Source: an uncultured Verrucomicrobiales bacterium (GTDB taxonomy: Bacteria; Verrucomicrobiota; Verrucomicrobiia; Verrucomicrobiales; DEV007). Taken from it: a stretch of 64,000 nt of DNA. Positions 1 through 10,574 of the stretch are shown piece after piece; the first letter of the stretch is position 1, and each line of letters opens with the position of its first letter. The position numbers and the translations under genes are program-made. Below the pieces are notes generated by a model. It was not told the DNA's origin and made no database searches. It saw nothing but the letters and a program-made list of their open reading frames with translations. The DNA is taken from contig CALKOM010000001.1 in NCBI GenBank assembly GCA_938091905.1, positions 1-64,000 of the forward strand. Direction: 5' to 3'.

Positions 1-295
1 TAACGACAAACGGCGCCATAGCTCACTCGGAAACGTCTCGCCTGAAACTTTCCTCAATCAACACTTCCAAACGCAGAAAACACACCTAAACTAACAGAGC
101 GATCTGTCCGGTCCATGTCCACTTTCTTGGGGGAACTCCAGGCACTAAGGCACTAAGGGTTGTTGTTCGTTGCAGTTCATCATCACTGATTCCGTTCGCT
201 GGTCGTTCTCTCCTCCCGTGTGGAGTATTTAACAAATTGCCGACGACGATTTAAAGCCAGTATTTGTGCTAAATCATGCTCGGCATGAGGCGGTG

Positions 296-2686
296 CTATT
301 GCCGGTCATGGAGTTCCTTCTGGTGAAGGAAGCGCCACCAATGGGGTACGAGGAAGATAGCGGTGATCATCGTGATGAGGATACCGATGGCGCAGAGTTG
401 GCCTAACTGAGGCAGGCCTCCGTAGCGTGCGGACATGAGTGAGCCGAAACCGACCGCGGTCGTGGTGCCGCAGAGCATGAGCGCCCGACCAATGTTAGCG
501 CGGATGGCGGCGACGTTTCCGTGAGTACGGCGCAGGGCTAGAATGACGTGAATGCTGTAGTCAAGCCCGAGACCCAAGAGCAAGGGGATGGCTCCGATGT
601 TGACGACGTTCCAGTCGAGTTTGATCAGGCGCATGACAGCCATGAGGGCTGCTGCGCTCGAACCTAACAAGATAATTGAGAGGCAGACGCCCTTGATGGA
701 GCGGAAGACGATCGCGAGGAGGACGAGCAGTATGATCACGGTAGGGATCACCACTTGTTTGATGTCATGAAGAAGAACTGGCCGAATCTCTGGGCCGAGA
801 AACTCCCAGCCGATGGGTCGGAATCCCACCTCGTTTAATTCGGCGATGGTCCCGAGCGGTAGGGTGAAGTGTCCTTCTTGCATGCGCACAAAACCAATGG
901 CAAGGCGCTGAGTGGGGGTGGCGACCATGAGCCGATCCAAGATCCACCGGCTCGAAGGTTCTTCGACTTGGAAGGCTTGGTCGCTTTGAAGCAACGTGCG
1001 CCAGGCCCTGAAGGCGCGTTTCGTTAGCGTGAGAGCTTCATTGGTGAACTCTTCGTTCTCTGCCTGAGAGATGACGGAAGGCTCGGCCGCTATGATTCGC
1101 TCTAGCATGGCACGATTGGATTCGTGGTAGTCAACATGCGGCCAAAGACGTGCTGGAATCATGACGCTCTCAGCTTCTGGGGTCCGCTCAAGAATGGTTT
1201 GGCTATTCTTGAAAATTTCTAACATCTCAGCATCGGAGGCGGCGTCCGCCATTAGGGTCAGGGTTCGACCATCCCCACCAAGTCGTTTCGTGATATTGTA
1301 ATACAGCTCTACGGAGGCCTGGCGCTGGTCCGGGCGGAGCTTTTCAGGGTCTGAATTCAACGGTGGGAATCCTTGAAGTAAGAGGGCTGAAGCTGTGATG
1401 GCAAAGAGCGCCAAGGTTCCCCAGCGACCAATGGCAACCGAGCTGAGCCACGGTTTGGTGGGAGATGAAAGGGGGCTGCTAGTGCAGCCGAGTCTCCCCA
1501 AGGCACTGGCATAGGGAAAGATCATCATGAAGGCCCCGACGCACACGCCGATAGCGACCATAGTGCCTAACTGAGCTGCGCCGGGCATGATGCTGCGATT
1601 CAAAGCGAGGAAGACGCAAGCGGTGGTCAAGGCCGCCCAACCAATGCAACGTCCAAACAGCCTGCGCAGAGTCCGGGGATCTTTCCCGGAGCAGCAAGAT
1701 TCTTGATAGATCACGAAGCCGTAGTCGACAGCAAGTCCCATGAGGATGGCGGCGAAGCCGACGGCCATGGCGCTGAGTTCTGGGTAGATCATCTGACCGA
1801 TCAATAGGGTAACGACGAAGGTGATGTAGAGTGAAACTAGCAGAAGAATTAGGGGGAGAATTCGCCGGTAGAGTATTCCAAAGAGCATGGCGACAAAGGT
1901 CAGGGTTATGAGCACGGAAACCATGAGATCTTTCCGCAAGGCGTTGGTGACCTCGGTCATGTAGATCTTGCGTCCAGTGAGTTGAACAGTGGTTCCATCC
2001 GAGAGATCAGGATGCGCGGTCCTCCAATCATCGATGGCACTGAACACCGCTTTTTGCCAGGCAACGACGTCCTCGCCTCCCTTGAGATTGGTTGTGGGTA
2101 CTGCTAGGATAATGCGCAATTCTCCGTCGTCAGAAACGAATCCTAACTTAGTGGCGTCTTCCAATTGGAAGGTGCTAGCGTCGTCTCCGAAGTCGGACAG
2201 GTTGAGAGGGTCATGCGAGACGCGGGTGACGTCTTTCATGTCCATTGAGTTCTCCAGAATGTCGAGGCTGACGGCCAGTTCGCGTTCAACGCCTTCGCCC
2301 GTGAGTTTATCGACGAGTGCTTGTAGCTTCTCGGGTGGGCCGTTTGCCCACAAGTAAGCGAGCAGCTCTCCCATCTGCGCAGGATTCTCTTCCCATGGCG
2401 GTTTGCTGCTGAGAGAACGGAAAAGATCTTCGCGCTCTTGCAGGAATTTAGCTAGGGAAGCGGTGGCTTCGTCTCCGACAGCAATGTTCGGTTGCGTGAC
2501 AGCGATGAGAATATCGTTCTGCGAGGCAAAGGCCTTGTCGTAGACACGCAATGCGCCTACCTGCGGTAGGCCCTGCGGCATGAGATTGAGCGGGTCCGCA
2601 TCGAAATCGATGTGGAAGAATGCCTGCCAAGATAGCAACCCCAGGGCGACGAGTGCCAGCAGTGCGCCTAGCACAGGTTTTAACAT
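296..2686 (-). CDS. MMPL/RND-superfamily membrane exporter (predicted lipid exporter)
   Basis: 796-aa ORF with two repeats of a periplasmic domain plus TM bundle; motifs GLAVDY and GLGLDYSIH (GxxxDY in both halves); AALTT/TTTAVGFGSL helices. Confidence 0.85.
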   Translation of the reverse strand: MLKPVLGALLALVALGLLSWQAFFHIDFDADPLNLMPQGLPQVGALRVYDKAFASQNDILIAVTQPNIAVGDEATASLAKFLQEREDLFRSLSSKPPWEENPAQMGELLAYLWANGPPEKLQALVDKLTGEGVERELAVSLDILENSMDMKDVTRVSHDPLNLSDFGDDASTFQLEDATKLGFVSDDGELRIILAVPTTNLKGGEDVVAWQKAVFSAIDDWRTAHPDLSDGTTVQLTGRKIYMTEVTNALRKDLMVSVLITLTFVAMLFGILYRRILPLILLLVSLYITFVVTLLIGQMIYPELSAMAVGFAAILMGLAVDYGFVIYQESCCSGKDPRTLRRLFGRCIGWAALTTACVFLALNRSIMPGAAQLGTMVAIGVCVGAFMMIFPYASALGRLGCTSSPLSSPTKPWLSSVAIGRWGTLALFAITASALLLQGFPPLNSDPEKLRPDQRQASVELYYNITKRLGGDGRTLTLMADAASDAEMLEIFKNSQTILERTPEAESVMIPARLWPHVDYHESNRAMLERIIAAEPSVISQAENEEFTNEALTLTKRAFRAWRTLLQSDQAFQVEEPSSRWILDRLMVATPTQRLAIGFVRMQEGHFTLPLGTIAELNEVGFRPIGWEFLGPEIRPVLLHDIKQVVIPTVIILLVLLAIVFRSIKGVCLSIILLGSSAAALMAVMRLIKLDWNVVNIGAIPLLLGLGLDYSIHVILALRRTHGNVAAIRANIGRALMLCGTTTAVGFGSLMSARYGGLPQLGQLCAIGILITMITAIFLVPHWWRFLHQKELHDRQ

Positions 2687-2704
2687 AGGGTGGTCTTTAC
2701 GGAG

Positions 2705-5185
2705 TTATTTCTGAAAGAGTTCGTGCTTCTGGTCACCGCCTGAGAGGAGATAGGCTAAGAGATCGAGGATGTCTTCCTCTTTAAGAGTGTCGAGAAGACT
2801 CGGCGGCATCATGGAAACCTTGGAGGGCTCCATCGATTTTACTTCAGGCCGTTTCACATTCTGGATCGCGTTTGGATCGAGCATGTTGATGTTCACCATG
2901 ACCTGATCACCGCTGAGATTCACAATACGCCCCATCGTAGTGCTGCCGTCGTTCATGGTGATGACCGTAGCGTTGTATTGGTCGCTGATTTCTTTGCTAG
3001 GCTCGATTATTGATTCTAACAAGTCCTTAGGACTGAACCGTCCAGCAACTCCAGTGAGGTCTGGACCAACGGCCCCCCCTTCGTTTCCGAAACGGTGGCA
3101 GGCGAAGCAAGCGGTCGCGCCGAAGAGATTTCGGCCATTGGCGAAGTCGCGGTTTCCTTCCAGGCCAACACCGAGGGAGCCCTCTAGATCGGCGACCGTC
3201 CACTGTTTTACATACTCGCGCGCCTTCATTTCGAAATCGGGCCCCTTCACTTTGCCGGGTTTGAGAACGTCCGCGAACTGTTCCTTCTGCGTGTCGCTGA
3301 GGTGGGCCACCGCGTCTTTCTTGATCGATTCCACGAACTTGCCGAAGCTAGCACCACCACGGAAGTTCACCGCTTTCTGGAACCAGGCGAAGTAACGGAT
3401 GCGATCGGCGTCCTCCCAATTGTCCGTGACCAATCTCAGCGACTTGGCATAGGCGATCTGTTCTTCCTGGGTAGGGGCAGATTCGAGTTGATCAACCCCG
3501 CGTTTGCCAATGGTAGTATCTTCAAGGGCAACGAGAAGCTGACAGAGTTCGATGTCCAAGTCGCGATCGCCGGTGGGAAAGGGCTTGGTTAGTCGTCGGA
3601 GGAGCTTTTTCCGGTCCGAGTCTTTCTCAAAGCCGCCCATCCGTGCAAGGAAGAGGCCAATGGTGCGTGTCCAGATGAGGTGCTGATTGCGACTGAGGTC
3701 GTCCCATTTCCACTTCACAAGGTTGATAAGAGCTTCTGCTTTCTGATTGGCTTGACCACAGCGAATCAGGGCCATGGTTCCTTGTAGAGAGGCGGTTGGA
3801 TCTTTCTCGGCCAGTGCGAGGTGTTTCCAGGCTGTGATGGGTTGGCTCTCAATGGCCACGCGTGCGGCATAGCGGATATTCCGATCTTCGTGTTTCAGAT
3901 AGGGCCAGGCGACTTCGACGGCAACTGGATCGACCGTGCCATGAAAGGTTTCGAGTCGCCGACGAAGATTGCGATGCTCACGGCCTTTGGCGGTCTCTTC
4001 CTGAACAATGGATGCGGTGGATTCTGTGCCTGTGTAAGTAACGCGATAAAGCCCCGACTGGGTGCGGCGCCCGCCGATTGTGAAGTATAGCGCACCGTCG
4101 CCTGGGTGGACACAGATGTCGGTGAGCGGCAGTGGTTGAGCGCTGATGAACTCCTCGAAATCCGCGCTGTAGGTGGCGCCGTCTGGCTGCAAATGCACGG
4201 CATAGAGTTTTCCGTAGCTCCAATCACAAATGAAGAAGGCGTCTTGATATTTGGCAGGGAACTTAGCGCCATAACCGAAGCATACGCCTGTGGGCGAACC
4301 GGGGCCAATGTCAGCGATGCCTGGTAAGCTGTCTTCGTAATAGGCCGGCCACTTGGCCGCACCATTGCGCCAGCCAAACTCTGCGCCACTGACCACGTGA
4401 TTGACGCGGGTTGGCCGGTACCACGGTGTGTTGACGTCCCATTCCATGTCGGCATCGAAGGTGAAGAGTTCGCCGTCACGTGAGAAGGCGGCGTCGTACT
4501 GATTTCGAAATCCTGTGGCCATGAGTTCCCAAGTCTTGCCCTCGGGATCCGTCTTCGCGATAAATCCGCGTGGCGCGAGGGTGCCACGCATGAAGCCTCT
4601 ACCATAGACACGAGGTAGGACTTGGTCTTCACCCCAGAAAGGAGGCACGCGTGTCTTCTGCATTGGAGGCAAGTCTGTTTGATTCCCCACCACGACGTAG
4701 AGAGATTGGCCATCAGGGGAGAGTACGACAGAGTGTGGTCCGTGCTCGCCGCCGCCTTTCATCTTCCGAAGTAAGGTCACCTTATCGAAGGTGTCGTCGC
4801 CGTCCGTGTCTTGGATCCGGTACAGTCCGCGACCCTCGAAGGCTTCATTGGCGACAATACAGTAGAGACTGTCAAAAGCATAGAGCAGCCCATGGGCTTG
4901 ACCGACAGGAAGGTCGATCTTTTCGATGGCAGACGTTTCTAATGCTTGTCCTGCTGCAGGTGGCGTCAGGCGGTAGAGGGAACCATACTGGTCAGAGACG
5001 ATCAGTCTTCCTTTGGGATCGGTACAGATGCTGACCCAGGATCCCTGATCTTCTTTCGAAACGGAATAGAGCAATTCCACGGCGAATCCCTCTTTGATGT
5101 TCAAGTCCGCGATGGGAGTCGCAGTATTTGCTCCCTGGACCAAGTTTGTAAGGAGGGTAAGGAGGGCAAGGAGGCCTAATTTCAT
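2705..5185 (-). CDS. PVC-type heme-binding CxxCH protein (beta-propeller dehydrogenase-like domain, HEAT-like repeats, cytochrome c)
   Basis: Likely start MKLGLLALL at 5185 (signal peptide; avoids overlap with hisD); GFRNQYD, CFACH heme motif, GPDLT, SMMP. Confidence 0.85.
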   Translation of the reverse strand: MKLGLLALLTLLTNLVQGANTATPIADLNIKEGFAVELLYSVSKEDQGSWVSICTDPKGRLIVSDQYGSLYRLTPPAAGQALETSAIEKIDLPVGQAHGLLYAFDSLYCIVANEAFEGRGLYRIQDTDGDDTFDKVTLLRKMKGGGEHGPHSVVLSPDGQSLYVVVGNQTDLPPMQKTRVPPFWGEDQVLPRVYGRGFMRGTLAPRGFIAKTDPEGKTWELMATGFRNQYDAAFSRDGELFTFDADMEWDVNTPWYRPTRVNHVVSGAEFGWRNGAAKWPAYYEDSLPGIADIGPGSPTGVCFGYGAKFPAKYQDAFFICDWSYGKLYAVHLQPDGATYSADFEEFISAQPLPLTDICVHPGDGALYFTIGGRRTQSGLYRVTYTGTESTASIVQEETAKGREHRNLRRRLETFHGTVDPVAVEVAWPYLKHEDRNIRYAARVAIESQPITAWKHLALAEKDPTASLQGTMALIRCGQANQKAEALINLVKWKWDDLSRNQHLIWTRTIGLFLARMGGFEKDSDRKKLLRRLTKPFPTGDRDLDIELCQLLVALEDTTIGKRGVDQLESAPTQEEQIAYAKSLRLVTDNWEDADRIRYFAWFQKAVNFRGGASFGKFVESIKKDAVAHLSDTQKEQFADVLKPGKVKGPDFEMKAREYVKQWTVADLEGSLGVGLEGNRDFANGRNLFGATACFACHRFGNEGGAVGPDLTGVAGRFSPKDLLESIIEPSKEISDQYNATVITMNDGSTTMGRIVNLSGDQVMVNINMLDPNAIQNVKRPEVKSMEPSKVSMMPPSLLDTLKEEDILDLLAYLLSGGDQKHELFQK

Positions 5186-5333
5186 AGTAATGATTACAGA
5201 AGGTCTGGGAAACCGAACGTTTGTGCGAGAGAAGCGTATGCCTCGGCTGCGGTCAAGATCGACTGGCGCTGTGGCCTTGTGCATTTCTAAAAATCTCGCT
5301 TGGCATAGCCGCCGCTCGCGCCTGTGTTGAAGA

Positions 5334-6629
5334 ATGGAAATCATCAAGCACACGGACGCGGATTACGCGGAGAAACGCGCGCGTCTCAATCGCCGAGCTG
5401 CCCCGGCCCCTGAAGTTGAGGCGACGGTGGCCGAGATTCTGGAAACGGTCCGAACGCGAGGCGATGCCGGGCTGCTTGAGCTCACCGAAAAGTTTGATGG
5501 AGCTACGCTGACCGCGGAGACTCTGCGAGTGACCGAAGCCGTTATGGCCGAAGCCCGGGAATCTGTTTCCGATGAGGTGCGCGAGGCGGTGGCTGCCGCC
5601 AAGATCAACGTGAAGACCTTTGCCGAGGAGTCGATGCGTCGGGACTGGTCGCGTACGAATGCGCAGGGTGCTGAAGTTGGAGAACGATTTCAGGCCTTCG
5701 AACGTGTGGGTATTTACGTGCCAGGTGGCTCAGCGCCACTGGTGTCCACCGCCATTATGACAGTGACGTTAGCTACGGCTGCGGGGGTGCCACAGATTGT
5801 CGTGACCACGCCTTGCGATGCATACGGGAAGGTCAATCCTGCACTTCTGTATGCGTTAGGAGAAGCTGGTGCTCACGAAGTATACAAGGTAGGTGGGGCG
5901 CAGGCGCTCGGTGCCCTGGCCTATGGGACCGCGACAATCAAACCTGTCATTAAAGTATTTGGACCTGGAAATGCCTATGTCATGGAAGCCAAGCGTCAGG
6001 TCTTTGGATCCGTGTCTGTGGACCTCTTGCCTGGTCCAAGCGAAGTGCTTGTTTTAGCTGATGAAACAGCCAATCCGGCTTTTATCGCCGCTGATATGTT
6101 AGCCCAAGCGGAACATGACCCTGTCAGCCTCGTTGGCTTTGTTACTCCTTCGGCGGCGTTGCTAGAGCGGGTCGTGAAGGAAGTCGAGAAGCAGAAGCCT
6201 TTCCTGAGCCGTAGTCCTATCATTGATAAAGTGCTCGCCAACGGAACGTTCCTCCTGCTGGTCGAAGACTTTGCGGAAGGTGTCGCCATCGCTAATGACT
6301 ATGCCCCGGAGCACCTCAGCCTCGTCTGTGCTGACGAAGATGCCTGGATTCCAAAAATCACCACGTCAGGCGGCATCTTTGTCGGCAACTACTCGCCTGT
6401 GGCTGTTGGGGATTTCCTGGCTGGGCCAAGCCATGAATTGCCGACGGGTGGAGCTGGGAAGTCGTTCCCGGGGCTCACGGTGGATCAGTTTCAACGCCGC
6501 ACGAGCGTGGTGAAGCTCGACAGCGAGGCAATCGCCAAATCTGCGCCCATTGTCAGTACCTTCTGTGCTGTTGAAGGTCTCGACGCCCATGCGCGCTCGG
6601 CGACGATTCGCTTGGCTGAGGAGTCGTAG
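5334..6629 (+). CDS. hisD: Histidinol dehydrogenase
   Basis: VGIYVPGG, GGAQA, FGPGNAYV, GPSE, LAQAEHD, APEHL, GPSHELPT motifs. Confidence 0.97.
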   Translation: MEIIKHTDADYAEKRARLNRRAAPAPEVEATVAEILETVRTRGDAGLLELTEKFDGATLTAETLRVTEAVMAEARESVSDEVREAVAAAKINVKTFAEESMRRDWSRTNAQGAEVGERFQAFERVGIYVPGGSAPLVSTAIMTVTLATAAGVPQIVVTTPCDAYGKVNPALLYALGEAGAHEVYKVGGAQALGALAYGTATIKPVIKVFGPGNAYVMEAKRQVFGSVSVDLLPGPSEVLVLADETANPAFIAADMLAQAEHDPVSLVGFVTPSAALLERVVKEVEKQKPFLSRSPIIDKVLANGTFLLLVEDFAEGVAIANDYAPEHLSLVCADEDAWIPKITTSGGIFVGNYSPVAVGDFLAGPSHELPTGGAGKSFPGLTVDQFQRRTSVVKLDSEAIAKSAPIVSTFCAVEGLDAHARSATIRLAEES

Positions 6630-6787
6630 GGCCTCAAGGAGGGGCGCTTTCCAAGCGCTGACTGCGGGCGGTCGGGCGCCTAGAAATCGTCTGTCTATGG
6701 TTCGCTATTCAACTCTAAGCGCTCAGAAAGCGGCGATTCGTTCAGCTTGATCACCTCCGTCTCTGGGGCTGAGGCTTGCTTAACCCT

Positions 6788-7078
6788 ATGAAGAAACTCA
6801 CTTTCATCAGCTACCTTCGCGTTCTCGCCTTTCTTTCGAATGTCATGGCGGATCGGAAGTGCTCGCCTCTTGAGTGGCATGGAAACGCCAAACGGATCGC
6901 CCCTGATGGCAAATTGAAGGACAAAGCAAGTGTTGCCAATCACCCAAGTTGGATGGTGAAGCCACTCGAGCCCGTTTACTTTCGCATGGAGTCTCCAAGT
7001 TCAGGCGGCGTTGGCGCCGATGAAGGAAACACTTTGTCCAATGGCCTCTGTCCCTGGAACTGGTTCAAGAAGAAGTAG
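6788..7078 (+). CDS. Small hypothetical protein, possibly secreted
   Basis: ATG at 6788 giving signal-like MKKLTFISYL...; fills an intergenic gap; no recognisable domain. Confidence 0.4.
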   Translation: MKKLTFISYLRVLAFLSNVMADRKCSPLEWHGNAKRIAPDGKLKDKASVANHPSWMVKPLEPVYFRMESPSSGGVGADEGNTLSNGLCPWNWFKKK

Positions 7079-7202
7079 ATCTTCTTTTAAAGCTAAGATT
7101 TATCGAGAGGCGAGAGGAGTAATGCCATCGTCTTTTTTCATTTATAGTGAAGCTGCCGGAGCCGCTTGACGCTCCTTCGGCTGGTGCTACGGTTTTGCTA
7201 TT

Positions 7203-7559
7203 ATGAAGAATCTTTTGTTCGTCTTCTTTGTCTTTGCTGGAATGATCACCTTCTTCACGCAGGCCATGGTTTTCGCGTCTCGGGTGAACGGCCTGTACTT
7301 CTGGCTCGCTGTCGTTGCGTTCATCGCGGCTATGGTGGTGATCGGATGTTGGAGTCTTAGTGCCAAGGCGACGAATCGAGCGGGATGGCTTTTCATGATC
7401 GTCATGGCTGCTTTCTGTATCGGGACGGCGCTCGAGAGTTTCGAAGGCAGTTCTAGTCTCTTGAAGATCGGCTTCTTCGTTGTCTACGCAGGTGTGGGTG
7501 CCCTAGCATTCATCCGTGAGAAAGGCGACGAAGGTCACGGACAGGCAACTGCGCATTAA
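7203..7559 (+). CDS. Small integral membrane protein (about 4 TM)
   Basis: 118-aa ORF with four hydrophobic segments. Confidence 0.65.
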   Translation: MKNLLFVFFVFAGMITFFTQAMVFASRVNGLYFWLAVVAFIAAMVVIGCWSLSAKATNRAGWLFMIVMAAFCIGTALESFEGSSSLLKIGFFVVYAGVGALAFIREKGDEGHGQATAH

Positions 7560-7602
7560 GAGCTAGTTTCCCAGTAAATCGCTGCGAACTGCTGGAACGC
7601 GG

Positions 7603-8717
7603 TCACCAATTGTAAGCAGCAACTGTCGATAAGCAGTTCTCCAAACTGCTTGTTTGTAAGGGCACCATGTTGCTCAGTCTTCCTCCCCTCCGTTCGTCTT
7701 TATAGACGTAGTGCCTGATTTGGTTGTGGTGCCGGCGCGCGGCGCTTACCATTTCCAAGCTCTCCCAAATCTCGATCACTTCATGAATAGCGCTCTTGTA
7801 AGCGCTCCTAGCCATGGGGCTTGCTAGGCACCGGCGAAACAGGATGCTTGAACTAATCGCATGGTTGCCATTGTCTCTTCGGTGCATCACATCGAACCTC
7901 CTCACTACTCCTTCGACCGCGATAAACTTCAGCATTCGATCGGTGCCGATGTGTTTCCCAATAACTTCCAAATACGTCGCCTTGTCGGTAGCGCTGTGAA
8001 TGACGGTGAGCAACTCTGTTAGATCAGAGTTGTCGTTCGTTTCGAGATCAAAGTCCGACTCGGTTCCAAATACTTGTAACCATCCTTTTCGCAGAGGTTG
8101 CCACGGTGATCGACGAACCACCGCTTCAGGAACTGCTTATCTTTGGCTTCAACATTCGTCTAAACACCGTAGAACTCGCTGTTCACGTATAGGCGTGCAT
8201 TGTTGCAGCGAGGCGCAGGGACGCCGACTTCTCGATGGACGGCATAGGCAAGACGCTCCGCCAGAAAGGTTGGATCGTCATAGTTGTTGTTAAGTGTTAG
8301 TCGATTCAGCCCCCTAAAGCGTTGATCTTCCACAAATTTATCAAAGTTGATCTTTAAGGCGGGCTTCTTTTCGAAGGACTGGAAGCTCCCCTCGCCCTTG
8401 ATGCGAATGCCCACACTTCGAACCGCTTTCGCTTTCCCGTCTTTATCGTAAACGAAGTCGCCCGTCACGTAGGTAGCCTTATTCGGATCCGTTTGACTGC
8501 GCACGGAATTCAGGGCTTCAACGGATGCTGCCAGAAGCTCCAAATCAAATCGAGGGAACTTATCAGGGGCGTATAGTTCAGCAGAATTCTTAATCCTACA
8601 GGGAAGAGAATGGGCCGAGACGGCAAAGAGACCGGAAAAGCCGGTGACGAGAAGGAGTCGATTGACTGCCAATATCACACAAGCATTGCAGAAACGCCCC
8701 TCCCTTAATGCAACCAA
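7603..8717 (-). pseudogene. CotH kinase-family pseudogene
   Basis: GIRIKGEGSF...KPALKINFDKF...LNRLTLNN...ERLAY...VPAPRC CotH N-lobe; TAG at 8160-8162 within FYGV*TNVE; frameshift near 8075; the catalytic NN..PWD region is not seen in the remainder. Confidence 0.85.
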
Positions 8718-8734
8718 GAGAAATCGTTGCCACG

Positions 8735-10249
8735 CTACCGCGTCACCAGGACGAACTGTTCTTTTCCTTGGCGAATGATCCCGAGGACTACGGATTCGCC
8801 TTCGATAGACTCTCCCGCCTGTAAGGCTTCTCGAGTTGAAGTGATCGGAGTCCGACCAATCTCGACAATGAGATCGCCTACCTGAAGGCCACGCCGACCA
8901 GCAGGACTCAGGGCATCTACTTGGACGACAACGGCTCCTTCATAGGCCTTGTCGAGGCCAAGTTGCTCGCGGATGGAATCATCTAACGTTTGTGTGCTGA
9001 CGCCTACCAGATAGAAAGGAGTTACCGAGGGGAGTTCATTGTCTTGTTCAATGGCCACCGCTTCGCCTGGCGCCGGTTCGCGGTCCCATCGGTTGCGATT
9101 GACATAACTGCCTTCCACAGCGCGCTCGCCCAGGGTGATGGGGACATCGATGACCTCGCCTTCGCGTACGATTCCGAAGAGGACTTGGCTGCCAGGTTCG
9201 GTCCGGCTGACATCGAGCCGAAGCTTTGTCCGATCGGTCACGCGTCTACCTTGATAATCGATGATCAAATCATTTGTTTGGAGTCCGGCCTTGGCTGCGG
9301 GAGAACCAGGCACCACGGCTGCAACCAGCGCACCGGAGACGTCGCGGCGTCCTAACCGACGCGCCATTGTCGCGTCGAGCGATTCCAATTGAACACCCAA
9401 GTAGCCGCGGTTGACGCGTCCTTCGTCAAGGAGACTTTGGACGACGCGGATAGCCATATTAATGGGAATGGCGAAACCGATGCCCGTGCTAGCACCGGTG
9501 GTGGAATAGATCATCGAGTTGATCCCAATCACACGACCCGACGAATCCACCAACGCGCCGCCCGAGTTCCCGGGATTGATCGCAGCGTCAGTCTGAATGA
9601 AATCGCCGTAGAACTCGCCGCCGGGCCCAACATTGCTGCGTCCTTTTGCGCTGATAATACCGTGAGTGACGGTCTGAGTGAGTTCGAAAGGATTGCCTAC
9701 GGCTAGGACAACGTCGCCCACATCACAGAGATCGCTGTTCGCTAGTGGCGCTATGGGTAAGTTAGTCCCGTCGATCTTCAATAGAGCAACGTCGGTTGTG
9801 GGGTCTGCCGCGATCAGTTCGGCTTGATAACTTTCCTGCGACTTGGGCAGGGTGACAGTGATTTCATTCGCGCCTTGGATCACATGGTTGTTCGTGATGA
9901 TGAAACCCTCTGGAGTGACCAATACACCTGAACCGAGTCCTTGCTGTTGGCGCTGTGTCCGACGTTGCGGTACGGCGTCCTCACCTAAGTAACGCCGCAA
10001 GACCTCATCCCAAACGGGATCGGCTTGGCGCTGAGTCACACGGGCCGAGGAAATGCTGACGACTGCCGGAAGTACGCGCTTGATGACCGGCGCATAGGTA
10101 TTCGGCATGGAACCGTTACGTTTGATATCGCTGCGTTCTATCGTGAGCCTCTCCGTGAAGACGGCAGAATTCTGGCCATGGAGGAGGCTAGCGGAGCCTA
10201 ACCAGAGGGCTACGAGTGCTAGAGCGTTGATCAAAGGGGATGTCTTCAT
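8735..10249 (-). CDS. HtrA/DegP/DegQ-family serine endoprotease (trypsin domain plus 2 PDZ)
   Basis: Start MKTSPL at 10249 with signal peptide; TNNHV, DVALLK, IQTDAAINPGNSGG catalytic triad; RGYLGV PDZ. Confidence 0.95.
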   Translation of the reverse strand: MKTSPLINALALVALWLGSASLLHGQNSAVFTERLTIERSDIKRNGSMPNTYAPVIKRVLPAVVSISSARVTQRQADPVWDEVLRRYLGEDAVPQRRTQRQQQGLGSGVLVTPEGFIITNNHVIQGANEITVTLPKSQESYQAELIAADPTTDVALLKIDGTNLPIAPLANSDLCDVGDVVLAVGNPFELTQTVTHGIISAKGRSNVGPGGEFYGDFIQTDAAINPGNSGGALVDSSGRVIGINSMIYSTTGASTGIGFAIPINMAIRVVQSLLDEGRVNRGYLGVQLESLDATMARRLGRRDVSGALVAAVVPGSPAAKAGLQTNDLIIDYQGRRVTDRTKLRLDVSRTEPGSQVLFGIVREGEVIDVPITLGERAVEGSYVNRNRWDREPAPGEAVAIEQDNELPSVTPFYLVGVSTQTLDDSIREQLGLDKAYEGAVVVQVDALSPAGRRGLQVGDLIVEIGRTPITSTREALQAGESIEGESVVLGIIRQGKEQFVLVTR

Positions 10250-10284
10250 ATTCAGTAAACTAAAAGCCGTCGGCGAAGTGGCAA

Positions 10285-10557
10285 TTATTCGGATTCGCCG
10301 CGAACGCAGTTGTCCAACCCGCCATCCTTCAGGTCCTTGCGGGTGGCGGCCCACCATTCGCCTTTTAGAGCAGGGAACGCACCCGAGGAGGGCGTGAATT
10401 CGTCGTCATAGACCGCCTGAATGTCGTCCCAGTAGAGTTCACATTCATCGCACAAGGCGACGATGCGTTTCTCATCTGCAGCCATCCAGAAACGGAGCAG
10501 GCCATTCTCACAGAAACCGCAGGTGCGAACGTAGGGAAGTAGGGGTGAGGCACTCAT
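10285..10557 (-). CDS. Small acidic Cys-rich protein (CxxC...CxxC, probable Zn ribbon)
   Basis: CGFC and CDEC pairs; sits operon-like between 10575 and 10249. Confidence 0.75.
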   Translation of the reverse strand: MSASPLLPYVRTCGFCENGLLRFWMAADEKRIVALCDECELYWDDIQAVYDDEFTPSSGAFPALKGEWWAATRKDLKDGGLDNCVRGESE

Positions 10558-10574
10558 AAGAAGTGGCTGGTGAT

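Noticed and set aside
1..295. ncRNA, riboswitch or gene start at the window edge (includes GGCACTAA x2 at 141-156)
   Set aside because: No recognisable RNA family motif; a minus-strand ATG at 19 cannot be evaluated without the flanking sequence
5186..5333. His attenuator or leader peptide before hisD
   Set aside because: No His-codon run and no terminator/antiterminator structure
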